Assembly: GCA_030390025.1 (NCBI GenBank)
Contig: CM059432.1
Location: 89,716,001 to 89,780,000 of the forward strand
Length of the DNA stretch: 64,000 bases
From: Squalus acanthias
Lineage: Eukaryota
Reading direction: 5' to 3'
The translations under genes were made by a program, and so were the position numbers. The notes under the pieces are model-generated. The model made no database searches, was not told the DNA's origin, and saw only the letters and a program-made list of their open reading frames with translations. Shown in pieces: positions 14,269-27,560 of the stretch. Every line of letters begins with the position of its first letter. Position 1 is the stretch's first letter.

Positions 14269-14435
14269 TGAAGTGGCTTGCTGCAATAGATGTGAAAAGA
14301 TTTTTAAGTGTGCAGGAAGTGCTGTTAGATGCGTGCAAGGCTTCGGATGGTAAAGGAAAGCCTTTGAGAATACAGAAAATGCTGGAAATACTCAGCAGGT
14401 CAGGCAACATCCGTGGAGAGAGAAATAGAGTTCTA

Positions 14436-14729
14436 GGGGGTGATTTTGCCAATGGGGGTGCATTGGAGATGGGACTGCTGCTTGTCAGGTTTCAGTCCCG
14501 CCTCCATTGACTTGTGGCCAACCCACGCTATTTTAATAGGCATTTAAGTGGCTGTACTCCCCTTCCCGCCTCCAGGAGACAGGACCCGACACGAGTCAGC
14601 TACCCATCTCCTGGGAAGATGGCACAGAGGTGGGTTGGGGGTGGGATGGGTTCCCGCCCCCAGATTCTGCCATTTTCCCGGCAGTCCTGCCTCCAAACCC
14701 GCCTCGTCAGGGCTGGCAAAATCCAGCCC
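14436..14729. mobile_element. MITE nested in H1 copy 1
   Basis: TIR GGGGGTGATTTTGCCA / TGGCAAAATCCAGCCC. Absent at the matching site (~35172) of H1 copy 2. Confidence 0.8.
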
Positions 14730-16665
14730 CACGTCGCAAATCAAGATGCTGCCTGACTTGCTGTCATTTCAGATTTACAGCATCCACTCGCAGAGGGAAG
14801 AGGAAGACGCAGAAGAGGAAGACGCAGAAGAGGAGGAAGCAAAAGAGGAGGAAGCAGAATGAAGGATGCAACCCAGACAGCCCCTTTCTGGTCGAGATAT
14901 CTGGGATGGAATCATCCGCCTGCGGTACCAGCGACCACAACCCCAATTCCCCTTTCAACATTTGTCCCACATCTTACCTTCCCTCTGTTACTGACCATCA
15001 CAGCGTCCTCTTGGCCACAATGCTGAAATAAAAGCCACCACAAAGCAAACTTTCCAATCCAACTTTATACATCTATCCATCCAATATGACATCAAGAAAT
15101 CAACTCATCACCCTTATGCATTCTCTTAGTGATTGTCTTGTGTGTGCCTTTGCCTATCCTACTGATGTCATGCAAGGCTGGTGGAAGGCTGCTGACTTTC
15201 AGTGGGGACATTATAAATGGCCTTGCTGGTCGACCTTGAGAAGCTGGTGGCTGGGAGTGTCAAATCAAGTGACTGGTGTTTCTTCTTCTTCTTCTTCTTC
15301 ACTCTCCTCTCCCTCTTCTTGGCCAACCACTGGCTGGGCTGGCTGCATTTCTTGGGTGTGTGAAATGAGAAAGGCACAAGGGTGGAGTTGTGGTGAGGGA
15401 AGGGCGGGAAAGCAAGAGGTGTATGCAAGAAGGAGGATAGCGTATGCGGATACCAACATCTTGTATCCTTTCAGCCCCACTGCTGGTCAAGGGATCAGCC
15501 ATGCCCCTGTCAAGAATGGCCTGCACCGTCTCCACAAGTGGGTGAGGTGCGGCTAGGAATGGGAGATGTGCCTCGTGATTGGTACAGATTGTTGGTAGGT
15601 GAGTGATGGGAGGGGGGAGTTGTGCATTGAGCAGTGTGTGAGGCTAGTGGTGCAGTTGGTAGGAGACGGCTTTTGAAGATGCATTCACTGATCTTGACCA
15701 GTGGTCTGAGGTCATGAAGCTTCTTTGGGCACTGGAGCCAGGTGGTGGGGGTGACACTGCTGGCAGTGACGACCTCAGTGATGTAGTCCCACATCATTTT
15801 TTCTGGAGGACCCTGTGCATATAGGATCACCTGCACAAAGCTGAAGTGCTGTGTGCAAGACCCTGGGTGCCCCTTCGCTGGCTTGCTGAGCCATTTGTGT
15901 TAGTGCTGAAGCACTTTCCCCATTTTTTGAGGTTTGTAAGGGACTTCAGCTTTAAGTGCTGCAGACTCCCATTTGGGACTTCTTCTTTTTAATGTTAATT
16001 TTTTTTTGAAAGGCAGTAAGGGCTGAAAACTGCATTTTTTCACTGCATTGTAATTTTTATTAGTTTGAATGCATTGCCCCTTTAACTTATAGCTCTTTTA
16101 ATTACCCACAAATCCTTGCAAACTCCACAGCCTCGCTCCCAGAGGCTGTTAGAAGCTGGAACGCCACTTTAGGACAGGAACTTCGCCTTCCATGCCTCCA
16201 GTAACGCCACCAGGAGGGCGTTACACGGTAAGTTAGTGCTAGGCGAAAAATCTTTAGCCCCCAGCACGAATTTTTCTTGGGTAGCGCTGCGTCCATTTTC
16301 AACGGCCGTTAACCCAAGTTGCCGGTGACGCTGGCAACTCTCGTGGCAGCCACGAATTTTTCCCCCTCTATCTTTAAAATTAGAACACAATATTTAAAAT
16401 AGTATTAGATCCTCCATGGCTTTTCCTTCAGTCCTGGTCTGCCTCCACCTTCAGATAAGGTTGATTTAGGTTATTACAACAGGAAACACCTTTGCTATTC
16501 TCAAGTGAAACTGTTCTATAATCATTAGAACTGCTGCAGAGTACTTTCAGCTTTTATGATGTTAACCTAACTCCATCCATCTATGTGTGTGTCTCTTTCT
16601 CTCTCTAACCTGCTATGTTGACAGGAAGTAGAATGAGAACCAGAGGCTTAACAGAGATTGCAGAA

Positions 16666-16757
16666 TTTTTTTTCATTTATGTATTCACGGAATGTGGGTG
16701 TTGCTGGCAAGGCCAGCATTTATTGGCCAGCCCTAATTGCCCTTGAGAAGGTAGTGG
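16666..16757 (-). mobile_element. Family B 3'-tail fragment
   Basis: Reverse complement of CTTCTCAAGGGCAATTAGGG..AATAAATGCTGGCCTTGCCAGC. Confidence 0.8.
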
Positions 16758-16834
16758 ATGGAGAAGCTCAAAAAGAAAAGGAAGTTAGCCATTTTATCCA
16801 GCCAGTAGCTGAGCCAGGAATGTGTCAATTTGAC

Positions 16835-17140
16835 CCCCATCTGTTAACTGATCTATGCTAGGATGGTAGCAGAGGAGCTGTAATTTGTTTAGCATCCTGG
16901 GCTAGGGTTAGGGATGGGAAAATCATCCAGGATTCACACTCCGCATTGCTACCGGATGAGGATAGGATTATGTTTGGCTGTAAGACTTCTTGTAGTTGAC
17001 TAGCCTGCTGACACTCAATGTCAAGCATAGACATGAATATTGGCTAGTTGGGTAAGGTACCAGAGGATGCCTCGTGCTCATAACACCGTACCTCAGCAAG
17101 GCTCATCGCCTTCAAGAAAGGAAAGAATGAGGGGAAATTG
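16835..17140 (+). mobile_element. Old SINE, AmnSINE2-like
   Basis: Recalled resemblance (CCTGGGCTAGGG..GGGAAAATCA.CCAGG; TAGCCTGCTGACACTCA). Heavily diverged and not verified by alignment. Confidence 0.4.
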
Positions 17141-17305
17141 ACAAAGAAAAGAAGGCAGGGGGCTAAAGGCAGAAGCCTGACGATGCAGTGGGATTGAATG
17201 TGCTGTGCATTTCTCTTTCAAAATCAGCCATTAAAAAAGTTAATCCAATTTCACTATACATTTCACACACTATCTCAAATTTACCTGCAATATAAATTGC
17301 GGCAT

Positions 17306-19033
17306 AAAAACAGAAAATGCTGGAAATACTCAGCAGATCAGGCAGCATGTGTGGAGAGCGAAACAGAGTTAATGTTTCAGGTCGATGACCTTTTATCAGA
17401 AATGGAAAGTGTTACAGATGTAACAGGCTTTATGCAAGTACAGAGGCAGGGAAAGTGGGGATGGAGGAAAGAACAAAAGGGAAGGTCTGTGATAGGGTGG
17501 AAGGCAGGAATGATTGAATGACATAACATAAGAATTAGGAGCAGGAGTAGGCCATACGGCCCCTTGAGCCTGCTCCGCCATTCAATAAGATCATGGCTGA
17601 TCTTCGACCTCAACTCCACTTTCCCGTCTGATCTCCATATCCCTTGATATGGTGAAATATTGAGAAAAGGGATGATGTGCAAGGCAAAAGGGGGTGGTAA
17701 TGGGACAAGAAAAGAAGCAAAAGATGGGACTAGAAAAGTTGTAAATGGGAATAGCATAATCAGCACCTGATGTCCGAAAAATTGTGAGCAGAGGTTATGA
17801 TCTGAAATTGTTGGACTCCGTGTTGAGTCCAGAATGCTGTAAAGTGCCTAATCGAACGATGAGGTGCTGTTCCTCGAGCTTACATTGAGCTTCATTGGAA
17901 CAGTGAAGGAGGTCGAGGACAGAGAGGTCAGAGTGGGAGTGGAGCGGAGAATTAAAGTGACAAACGACCGGAAGCTCGGGTTCACGCTTGCAGACTGAAC
18001 GGAGGTGTTCCGCAAAGCGGTCACCCAATCTGTGTTTGGTCTCCCAATATAGAGGAGACCGCATCGTGAGCAGCAAATACAGTATACTAAACTGCAAGAA
18101 GTATAAGTAAATCGCTGTTTCACCTGGAAGGAGTGTTTGGGGCCCTGGACGCTGGGAAGGGAGGAGGCAAAAGGGCAGGTGTAGCATCTCCTTTGCTTCC
18201 ATGGGAAGGTGCTGTGGGAAGGGGAAGGGGGAGGGGTGTTGGGGATGATTGAGGAGTGAACCAGGGTGTCCCGGAGGGAACGGTCCCTTCGGAATGCTGA
18301 AAGGGAAGGGGAGGGGAAGATGTGCTTGGTGGTGGGATCGCGCTGGAGGTGGTGGAAATAGTGGAGGATGATCTGTTGAATGTGGAAGCTGGTGGGTGGA
18401 AGGTGAGGACAAGGGGAACCCTGTCATGGTTCTGGGAGGAAGGGGAAGGGGTGAGGGCAGAAGTGCGGGAAATGTAACAGACACGGTTGAGGGCCATGTC
18501 AAACATGGTGGAGGGGAATCCTCGGTTGTGGAAAAAGGAAGACATATCAGAAGCACTGGTATGGTTGACTTTAATTCTGAGCTCTCTGTCCTCGGCCTCA
18601 TTCACTGTTCCAATGAAACTCAATGTAAGCTCGAGGAACAGCACCTCATCTTTTGATTAGGCACTTTACAGCCTTCCAGACTCAACACTGAGTTCAACAA
18701 TTTCAGATCATAACCTCTGCCCCCAATTTTTCAGAGAGCAAATGCTGTTTCTGCTATTCCCAGTTACAACTCTTCTAGACCCATCTTTTGTTTCTCTACT
18801 CGTCCCATCACAGACCTTCCCTTTTATTCTTTCCTCCCATCCCCCCTTTCCCTGCCTCTGTACTTGCTTAAAACCTGTTATATCTGTAATATTTTCCAGT
18901 TCTGATGAAAGGTCATCAAACTGAAACCATTAACTCTGTTTCTCTCTCCACAGATGCTGCCTGACCTGTTGAGTATTTCCAGCACTTTTCTGTTTTTATT
19001 TCAGATTTCCAGCATCCGCAGTATTTTGCTTTT
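17306..19033. mobile_element. Penelope-like element family P1 with inverted 3'-end duplication
   Basis: GIY-YIG remnant on - (LVYCICCSRCGLLYIG; RLGDRFAEH). 18565-19033 is an inverted copy of the 3' end. TSD ATATAAATTGCGGCAT (17290-17305) / ATATAAATTGTTGCAT (19034-19049). Confidence 0.9.
17523..17648 (-). mobile_element. CR1/HE1-type 3' tail inserted in the Penelope pLTR
   Basis: GGAGCAGGAGTAGGCCATACGGCCCC..GATCATGGCTGATCTTCGACCTCAACTCCAC matches the reverse of 38665-38790. Confidence 0.85.
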
Positions 19034-22000
19034 ATATAAATTGTTGCATTTGCAACCACAGTCTCATACTGGAAAGGGCAAAGGTCATGCATGATGGAAG
19101 TGAATGAAAGGAATAATTTTCCCTCTGGATTTAGTTTCCCTTTAAAGGTGAAGCTTGGCACTGAGTCAGTCCAAGTAAACCAGCTAAATTCAGATTGACT
19201 CAATTCTTGCTCCCCAGTGTGTATTTTTTGTTGGAATTACTATATCTGCATTGTTTAAATTATATCACATTCTTATATTGAAACTAATGTGGATCAATAA
19301 ACAATAAAATTAAAAGCTTATGTTACAACTGAGAACAGAATACGTTAAAAAATATTGCATATTATTAGCAGTTGACAAGGAAACTGAATGAAACATGCTG
19401 AGAAAGTGTTCCCTTGGATAAGCCTGATTAGCACTTCCCAGGATGTGTGTCATTACATTCTGACACATGAAGGATGTAAGAGAAATCCTTGGAGTTGGTG
19501 CCATGCCCTAGGCATAAGTAGAAGGCCAGTGTTGATGCTGCTTTGTGTAGTGCTGCATATGGTGATAATAAAGAGAGCAGGGAGTCATGTCTATTTGGTC
19601 CCTATTGAGCAGAATGCTCAGTCTATTGTGCAGGTGTTTTAATACAGCTCTCTATGATAAAATTACTGGAATGATTATGTGAGAATCAAATTCTGTTTAA
19701 TATGGTATTTGAATTAAACTTGTGTGGTAGAATGGATTTTATGGAACTCATTGATTTCAAAAGAATAAATATGTACAATTACAGGCAAAAACTCTGAATT
19801 TGCAGCTAAATATACTTTTAATTACAGTAAGTTTTCAATCATGACTCATGCTTGCCGGTAGGATCCATTGGCAGCTTTGTTTGAGCGATCATTTAATGCA
19901 CATATATATTGTATATTATCATTCCTTTCTGGCCTCACACCATCCAGTTGTCGACGGTTTAGGTTAGCTGTGTATTTAAAATACCATTGTAAAACTGAAA
20001 CTTTCTGGTTTATTCAGGAAATCTTATTAATTAAGAAGCATTCTATGGTGTCAAACATTTATCCAAATCATGTTTTTATGTTCAGAATTAAATCTGGAGT
20101 ACATTTGTGCTTCAGATGTTTATGATAGTAATTCTATGCATGTCTTAAAAACTGCAAAGCTACTTGGTAGTCAAATGGTTAATGGAATTGGAAAGCTGAA
20201 GGTTTTCTCTTTCTTTACCTTTGAGCTTTTATGTTCTCGCCCAGTTTTCCAAATAACCAAAATGTGCACCATGTCTATTTTGATTCTTTTGACAGGTTGT
20301 TTACTTTAGCTATTCTTAATGAACACATCGCTATCTGCAGTCACCCTCAAAGGTAACTGTAGAAATGTGTTGAATTATTTCTTGATCTGTTGTTTCCTTC
20401 CTTTCTCTAATCAATGTCACCTCTGAACTATAAACTAAAACATGTTTCTCTATCTGATAAAGACTTTAAAATAATGCAGTTCTACTAATTTTTTTCAAAA
20501 CTATTCATCTTCTTTCAGCAGCCCCGTCCCCTGTTGTGGTTGACTTTTAATTTCCCTTTGCTATGTCAGGTTTTAAGGCAGGCAATCAGTTTGTACTTGC
20601 GTTCAAGAGCAAATCTGAGCATTAAATAATCCGTAAAATATGAACTAGGTCTTATGTTTGATATGCACATCAAAGGCCGAAAAGGCCAAAGAAAGCCCTT
20701 GGTTAATTATTGAAGAGGTGTCTGTAAAGGAAACATGAGTGAGTAGCGTGCATGCTTTTATCCCCCAGTAACCTTTCATTGTCCTTTTCTTTAGACAGCT
20801 AAGTCAGTGCATATAATAAAAGCAGTGCATAGCGTCAAAGAAGGCAAAGGCCTAATGAATGATCCTGATTAAAGGGCTTGACGGGGTATGATCTTTGCAC
20901 AAATTTTCATAGGGTGTCAGCAAGGGGATGCTGATTGAGCGAACCATCAGCACAGCCATTTTTTTAGTACCAGGAGGAGCCTCCTATCCCCAACCCCCAC
21001 CCCAACCCTGTACCATGAAGAATGAATGCTTCAGACTGATGACTTCCAATAAGGCTAGGTCTTGAAAACTACTATAAAAGGCCAAAAGGGTCAAAAGTAA
21101 TTCATAACTGTTTAAAAATGGCGTAGACCTCCAGCAGCTGCTGCTATTGTCATGCCCACAGTGCTGCTTTCTGTATGCAAATTTGTCATAGGAAGTGCAC
21201 TGGTTTTGCTGTATCACACATAGAGCATCAATCAGACTGTGGAATACATCAGGGTATTTTCATTATGCCTAGTTATTTACTGCATCAGAACAAATTACCA
21301 CAGCAAGCCTAGCAGTGTTCTGTGGGCAGTGTGATAGGACCAACCAGGTTTCATCTCAGAAATCTTATTGTAAACAGTACAGGATAAATCTTGCAATCGC
21401 AGTCATCAATCTTTTCTGCTCATGACTGTGTGGAACTGTAAGGATTTGTGACTAGGTGGTATGGTTTCGAAATTAACTGAGAATGCCATGAATCCTGATA
21501 AAGAAACCCTGTGGCTTTTTGATTTAGTTTATTCAGTGTATTAGTTGGATTTTTAAAACTGACACTGAATTTCTTTACAGTTCTTTCAGTTAATGAATCA
21601 AACGATTTGTATACTTTCAGAAAGAAAAGTCTGTTTAATTAAATAGTTAATAGCATGTGTCAAAATACTGAGAAAGGACATTTTTTCTCCATAATAATTG
21701 CTATGTGCATCTTAAATTAAATAAAAATCTGAAAGAAATAGTGATGCATACAGATAATATATACACAAATATTTACGAATTGTTTCAGCAGCAGTGTACT
21801 TATTGACAGAATGGAAGATCCTTAGTAAATGGTGATTTACCTCATTTCCCCAAAGCATCAGCAGGCTGCTATATGTAAATTGTCTACTTTTATTGATATG
21901 CAGGTATTCAGTTAAAGGAGCAATCCTGCCTCGGTCTACCTTTTCATGTTAGAAACTGCTAATATTATGATTCCAAAGATAACAATGTCTGTCATTAATT

Positions 22001-22937
22001 GTATGGAGTTTTTTAAGTATGTTTCTTATATTTGGCAGAGAGAGAAGTGAATTTCCCCATGCCTCCATTAGGCCTGACAAATTGAGAACAGCAGGTTTGG
22101 GGATATTGAGGCTACGTGTTCCCCTCACCACCCCTGCCGCCTCCTCCATTTCTCTGACCACCCATGGAACTGTGATTGGCACAATAGGCTCACAAATATC
22201 TCAGTCACTGTACCTTACACAAATCAACCTCAGTTCAGCACTTCAGGAATCAAAGACACACCACCCTAAAATTCATAAACTTATAAAATGAATGAAAAAA
22301 ATAAATGCAGCCTCACTTGCAATGGCTTAAGATATAAAATGGCCGCTTCCTCAAATTGAAATACATTATTCAAAAAGAAATTATATATTTTAATGTACAT
22401 TTAAATATATACAATTTAAGTGTCTAAAAGTCTATAATTTGACCTGCTCGTATTTAAAAGAGAACAGTATGCATTGTGTATCTCTGTCAAAGTGACTGCA
22501 TTAAAACAATTATTTTTATGTCAGGGAACGAGCAACTTCTGTATTTTTAATAGAGATTAGGTCAATACTGACAGTGGCCATTTCAATGAGTGCTACAGCA
22601 GGAGGCAAAGGCTGCTCATTAAATGAGAGTCGCATGTGATTGTTTAACAAATTCAACACCACAGGGATATTAAAAAAAATAAGAACAGGCAGTGAAGATA
22701 TAATCTGTGAACATATCTGTGGTCATTTGAATTTTTGGTTCCTGGAAAAGGTAAAAGCAATTGTTACGTTATGGATTTTGTTCAGTAGATATACTAATGT
22801 TTATTTTACTGTAAATATTCATCTAGTTGTTTACTGTCTTATTCTTTGTGTTGAATCTATAGTCATCTTTGGTCATCTTCAATGGATCTGCCTCTAAAGT
22901 GTGACAGACTAGTGTCCACTAAAAATTACCACACTTT

Positions 22938-23090
22938 GGGGATGAAATTTGACTTTGGTGGCAGTGCAAAATGAATCGCCCTTTTTACACCCACTCCTCT
23001 GATTGTCTTTTAAATCGGGCAATATGTAAAACAGTCTGCCGATTCGCTATTGCCCATTTTACACTATTGCCAAAGTCGAATCTCACTCTC
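22938..23090. mobile_element. Old small MITE
   Basis: ~36-bp imperfect inverted termini (GACTTTGG / CCAAAGTC core) flanked by TTT on both sides. Confidence 0.65.
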
Positions 23091-24861
23091 TTTAAATCTT
23101 GATTGTACTTACAAGTTATTTTCTAATCAAATATTCTATTAATTCTTGAAGTAATTAATTTACTTCTTACTCAGGTATATTGTACTAACATCATGGTAAG
23201 CTTTTCACATTTTACACAATAAGGTGTTGACACCATGCTGAACAAACCCCAGCTTCTTTAGATTATATTTTGTAGCCAATATACATATGTCAACTGCCCA
23301 ATTATTAAACTGAAGACTAAATATGTATTTCAATATTTGTTTTGTTATTCAAATTATGTCAGTTTTCTGTAGAACAGGCTCTCAAAAAGCTGATTGAATG
23401 AATGTGTAATTCTACATACCGACTATGTTGGCTGGCTCGACTAGTTGATTATTAATGTTTCTGTCAATTAAAAGTTTTAGCTGATAAATTAATTGCATCC
23501 AATTATTTGTACAGTTTCAGTTACATTTATAATTGTCATTTTGAAATTTACATATTATAACATACTCTGTTTTTTTTAATTGAACAAAAGATAGCTGGAA
23601 TGTCATCTTTATCACAGGAAAATTATTTTTCTACTCAGCTTGTTACTTATAGAATATGGAGAGTGAAATTGTTTGATCCCAGATTCCATACACTAGCAGA
23701 GATGATCCATCAACTTCATCCAATTTCCTTATTGTACTGAGGAAATGTCATGGTTTTCATGCCTCAGTTCAGTACATCTCATTTCAAGGAAGCCCACAAA
23801 GGAAACCTCGCAACCATTTATAAATACTAGCCTCGAAATGTTTGCAGTTTTATACTGCCAAAATCGTGTAATCTGGGCAGGGAACAAAACGGTGTGGGAT
23901 CCTGATCTTCTGAAGTACCGCCTTTTTTGCTGTTGTCATAATTTCTGCTGGAAGTGGGAGTGGTCATACAAAGTGCCTGCCCCCCACCCCCACTGGCTGC
24001 AGCAGCATATCAAGGTGCAAGTAACATTGTTAAAGGTTTCTGGGTGTCCGGCAAGAAGTGGCTTCCTGAACGGATTTACGTTTTGTTTTGTTTTGTGGCT
24101 ATGCAGGGACCTTCTATGTGCTCATGTCTACCATCTGGAGAAAATGTCACATTTTTTGCTGAAACCTGACAGAAACTTGACGATGGGTTTCCCAATAGTG
24201 ATTCCTCACTATTTTATGGGGTCGGGGGAATTCTCTTCCACAATCCTGCACAAAATCAATGAATGTCAGAAAATGTTGGCGATGACACATCTGGACTCCA
24301 CCCCAAGCTGAATTTCCCTCCCTCCAGCCCGGTCAGGACCACCGCCATGAGGTGAAGGTCATCCAGCAGGTCATGTACAAATGGTGGCAGGAGGGCAGAG
24401 TCCCAGGTGGATTTTCTTCTTTTCCACCCCGTAACTGCGGCTTCCTTGGGCCACGATGTGGAAGATGGTGGTAGGCCCTGGGAAGTGGCAGTACAGGCCC
24501 AGAGTACTCCCAGTGGAGGCAGAGGGGCTTGTAGTGGCCTCCTCTCCTTCCACTCAGCCTCAGACACTTGCATATTGATGGCCTCGGTCACAGCCTTTCA
24601 TCCAATCCTTAGAGTTCCTCTGCCCTTTTAACATCCCTCACCATCTCTTCTGATGCTGCAGCACTACCAGAGTTTCCTTGAGGGCACTTGCAGGCTCCAC
24701 CTTGGCAGGTATCCCACCACCATGAAAAGGAGCATTCCCCCTCTATCTTGGAATGCACTTCTCATAAGACATTACAGGTGGAGGCTGTCACCTACTCGCT
24801 GCTACCCTACAGCTCATGTACACAGGTTCTGGTGCTCCTTTGAAAATGACACTCAAGAGAG

Positions 24862-25001
24862 TACTGCAGGAGTACCTTCACATCATGGATTGCAGAGGTT
24901 CAAGAAGGCAGCTCACCACCACCTTCTCAAGGACAATTAGGGATGGGCAATTAATGCTGGCTTTGCCAGTGACGCCCACATCCCATGAACGAATAAAAAA
25001 A
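24862..25001 (+). mobile_element. Family B 3'-tail fragment
   Basis: GGTTCAAGAAGGCAGCTCACCACCACCTTCTCAAGG...CCCACATCCCATGAACGAATA(n). Confidence 0.88.
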
Positions 25002-26074
25002 AGATCTGTTTAAACGAAGCTGTGCTTCAACAAAGCTCTGGATGAGCTTTGTCTTCTGCTGCAGCCTGACCTGTAAACCACCTCTTCCAATAGGGCAGCA
25101 CTTGCTATCCCTGTAAAGGTAATTCTTTTTCCTCCAAGTTCTTTTCAGGGTGCTACAGGAACTTTTACCAAATTAAGTCACTATGCTGACATTGCTGCAT
25201 ACGTCAGGTGACATGCTTTGTACCACTCACTACTCCTGTTCCTGTGTTCCAATGCTCCTTTTCTCTATGCCCAACCATCTCTTTAAATCTCTCTCTCCTT
25301 CCCCTCCACCCTAACTTCTAAGAACAACTGCAAGAAACTCATGGATTTCTTTGTCACCAAGATAGGGACTATCTGTTCAGCTACTTCCCCCCCACCCCAC
25401 CCCCCCCAGCCCTCCTCTTGCTCACCCTGGTTCCCCAGTTCCTCTCCTACCCTAGTCCTGAACCACTGCCTCTCTGTAGTTTCACCCACATCTCCCACCC
25501 TAACCCTAACCCACCCTATCCAATTTCATCTCATCCATGGGACCTACCTCCTGTTCTCCAGATCCCATTCCCATTAAACTACTGACAACCCCACTTTCCT
25601 TTCTGGCTTGCTTGCTAGCTGACATACTGTTCTCTCCTCCCTTTCAAAACTGCAGTCATCACCCTACCCTCAACCCGTCTGTCCCCACTAACTACCACCC
25701 AAACTCGACCCTCTCATTCCCCTCAAAGATCCTTGAATGTGCCATAATTTCCCAGGTCTAGGCCCACTCTCCCACAACTCCCTGTTTGAATCAGTCCAAT
25801 CAGATTTCTGCCCCTCCCGCTGCACCAAAATGGGCCTACCCAAAGGCACAAATGACATTGTGATTGTGTCCTGGGTGCATTATCCCTCTTCATGCTCTCT
25901 GAATGCTTCGACACAGTTGATCATACCATCCTCCTCCAATGACTCTCCTCCGTTGTCTCGCTTGATGGGATTGCCTTCAATTAGTTCCACTCTTACCGCA
26001 TCATTCATAGCCATAGCATCTCTAGCAATGCCTCCCTCCTCCATCTCATTTACATGCTGTCCCTTGGCAATATT

Positions 26075-27449
26075 GGCCAATCCGGCCAATTACCGCTCCA
26101 TCAGTCTACTCTCAATCATCAGCAAAGTGATGGAAGATGACGTCGACAGTGCTATCAAGCGCCACTTACTCACAAATAACTTGCTCACCGATGCCCAGTT
26201 TGGGTTCTGCTAGGACCACTCAGCTCCAGACCTCATTCCAGCCTTGGTCCAAACATGGACAAAAGAGCTGAATTCCAGAGGTGAGGTGAGGTGAGAGTGA
26301 CTGCCCTTGACATCAAGGCAGCATTTAACTGAGTGTGGCATCAAGGAGCCCCAGTAAAATTGAAGTCAATGGGAATCAGGGGGCAAACTCTCCACTGGCT
26401 GGAGTCATACCTAGCACAAAAGAAGATGGTTGTGGTTGTTGGAGGCCAATCATCTCAGCCCCAGGATATCGCTGCAGGAGTTCCTCAGGGCAGTGTCCTA
26501 AGCCCAACCATCCTCAGCTGCTTCATCGATGACCTTCCCTCCAAATAAAGTCAGAAGTGGGGATGTTCGCTGATGACTGCACAGTATTCAGTGCCATTCG
26601 CAGCTCCTCAGATAATGAAGCATGTCCATGCCCGCATGCAGCAAGACCTGGGCGACATTCAGACTTGGGCTGATAAGTGGCAAGTATATTTTGGGCCGCA
26701 CAAGTGTCAGGCAATGACTATCTCCAACAAGCGAGAGTCTAACCACCGTCCCTTGACATTCAACGGAATTCCCATCGCCGAATCCCCCACCATCAGCATC
26801 CTGGGGGTCACCATTGACCAGAAACTTAACTGAACCAGCCAGATAAATACTGTGACTAAAAGAGCAGGTCAGAGGCTGGGTATTCTGTGGTGAGTGTTTC
26901 ACCGCCTGACTCCCCAAAGCCACCATCTACAAGGCACAAGTCAGGAGTGTGTTGGAATACTCTCCACTTGCCTGGATGAGTGCAGTTCCAACAACACTCA
27001 AGAAACTCGACACCATCTAGGACAAAGCAGCCCGCTTAATTGGCACCCCATCCACCACCTTAAACATTCACTCCCTCCACTACCATGGTTGCAGTGTGTA
27101 CTATCTACAAGATGCACTGCAGCAACTCGCCAAGGCTCCTTCGACAGCACCTCCCAAACCCGCGACCTCTACCACCTAGAAGGACAAGGGCAGCAAGTGT
27201 ATGGGAACACCATCACCTCCAAGTTCCCCTCCAAGTCACACACCATCCTGACTTGGAATTATATCGCTGATCCTTCATTGTCGCTGGGTCAAAATCCTGG
27301 AATTCCCTCCCTAACAGCACTATGGGAGTACCTTCACCACAGGGACTGCAGCGGTTCAAGAATGCGGCTCACCACCACCTTCTCATGGGATGGGCAATAA
27401 ATGCTGGCCTTGCCAGTGACGCCCACATCCCAGGAATGAATATAAAAAA
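26075..27449 (+). mobile_element. LINE family B, 5'-truncated copy
   Basis: NPANYRSISLLS, GVPQGSVL and MFADD motifs with the family B tail. Confidence 0.92.
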
Positions 27450-27560
27450 TATCATCTGTTGACATGGACTCAGCTGCCGTATGTGCGCTGATGACATGCA
27501 TCTTTACTTCTCCACCACCTCTCTCAACACCTCCACTGCTTCTGTGTTATCAGACATTTA

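Larger units (their letters stand above)
11624..16366. mobile_element. Non-autonomous Harbinger family H1, copy 1 (hosts a CR1 and a MITE)
   Basis: TIR GGGCTAAAAATTCG / CGAATTTTTCCCCC and 3-bp TSD TCT. Collinear with 34664-38108. Myb remnant on - (WDYITEVVTASS..QCPKKLHDL) and acidic transposase-tail remnant on +. Confidence 0.88.

Noticed and set aside
17367..17403. Active hammerhead in the left pLTR
   Set aside because: Core mutated to CTGATAA and stem I disrupted. The 18897-18936 copy has a broken stem II.
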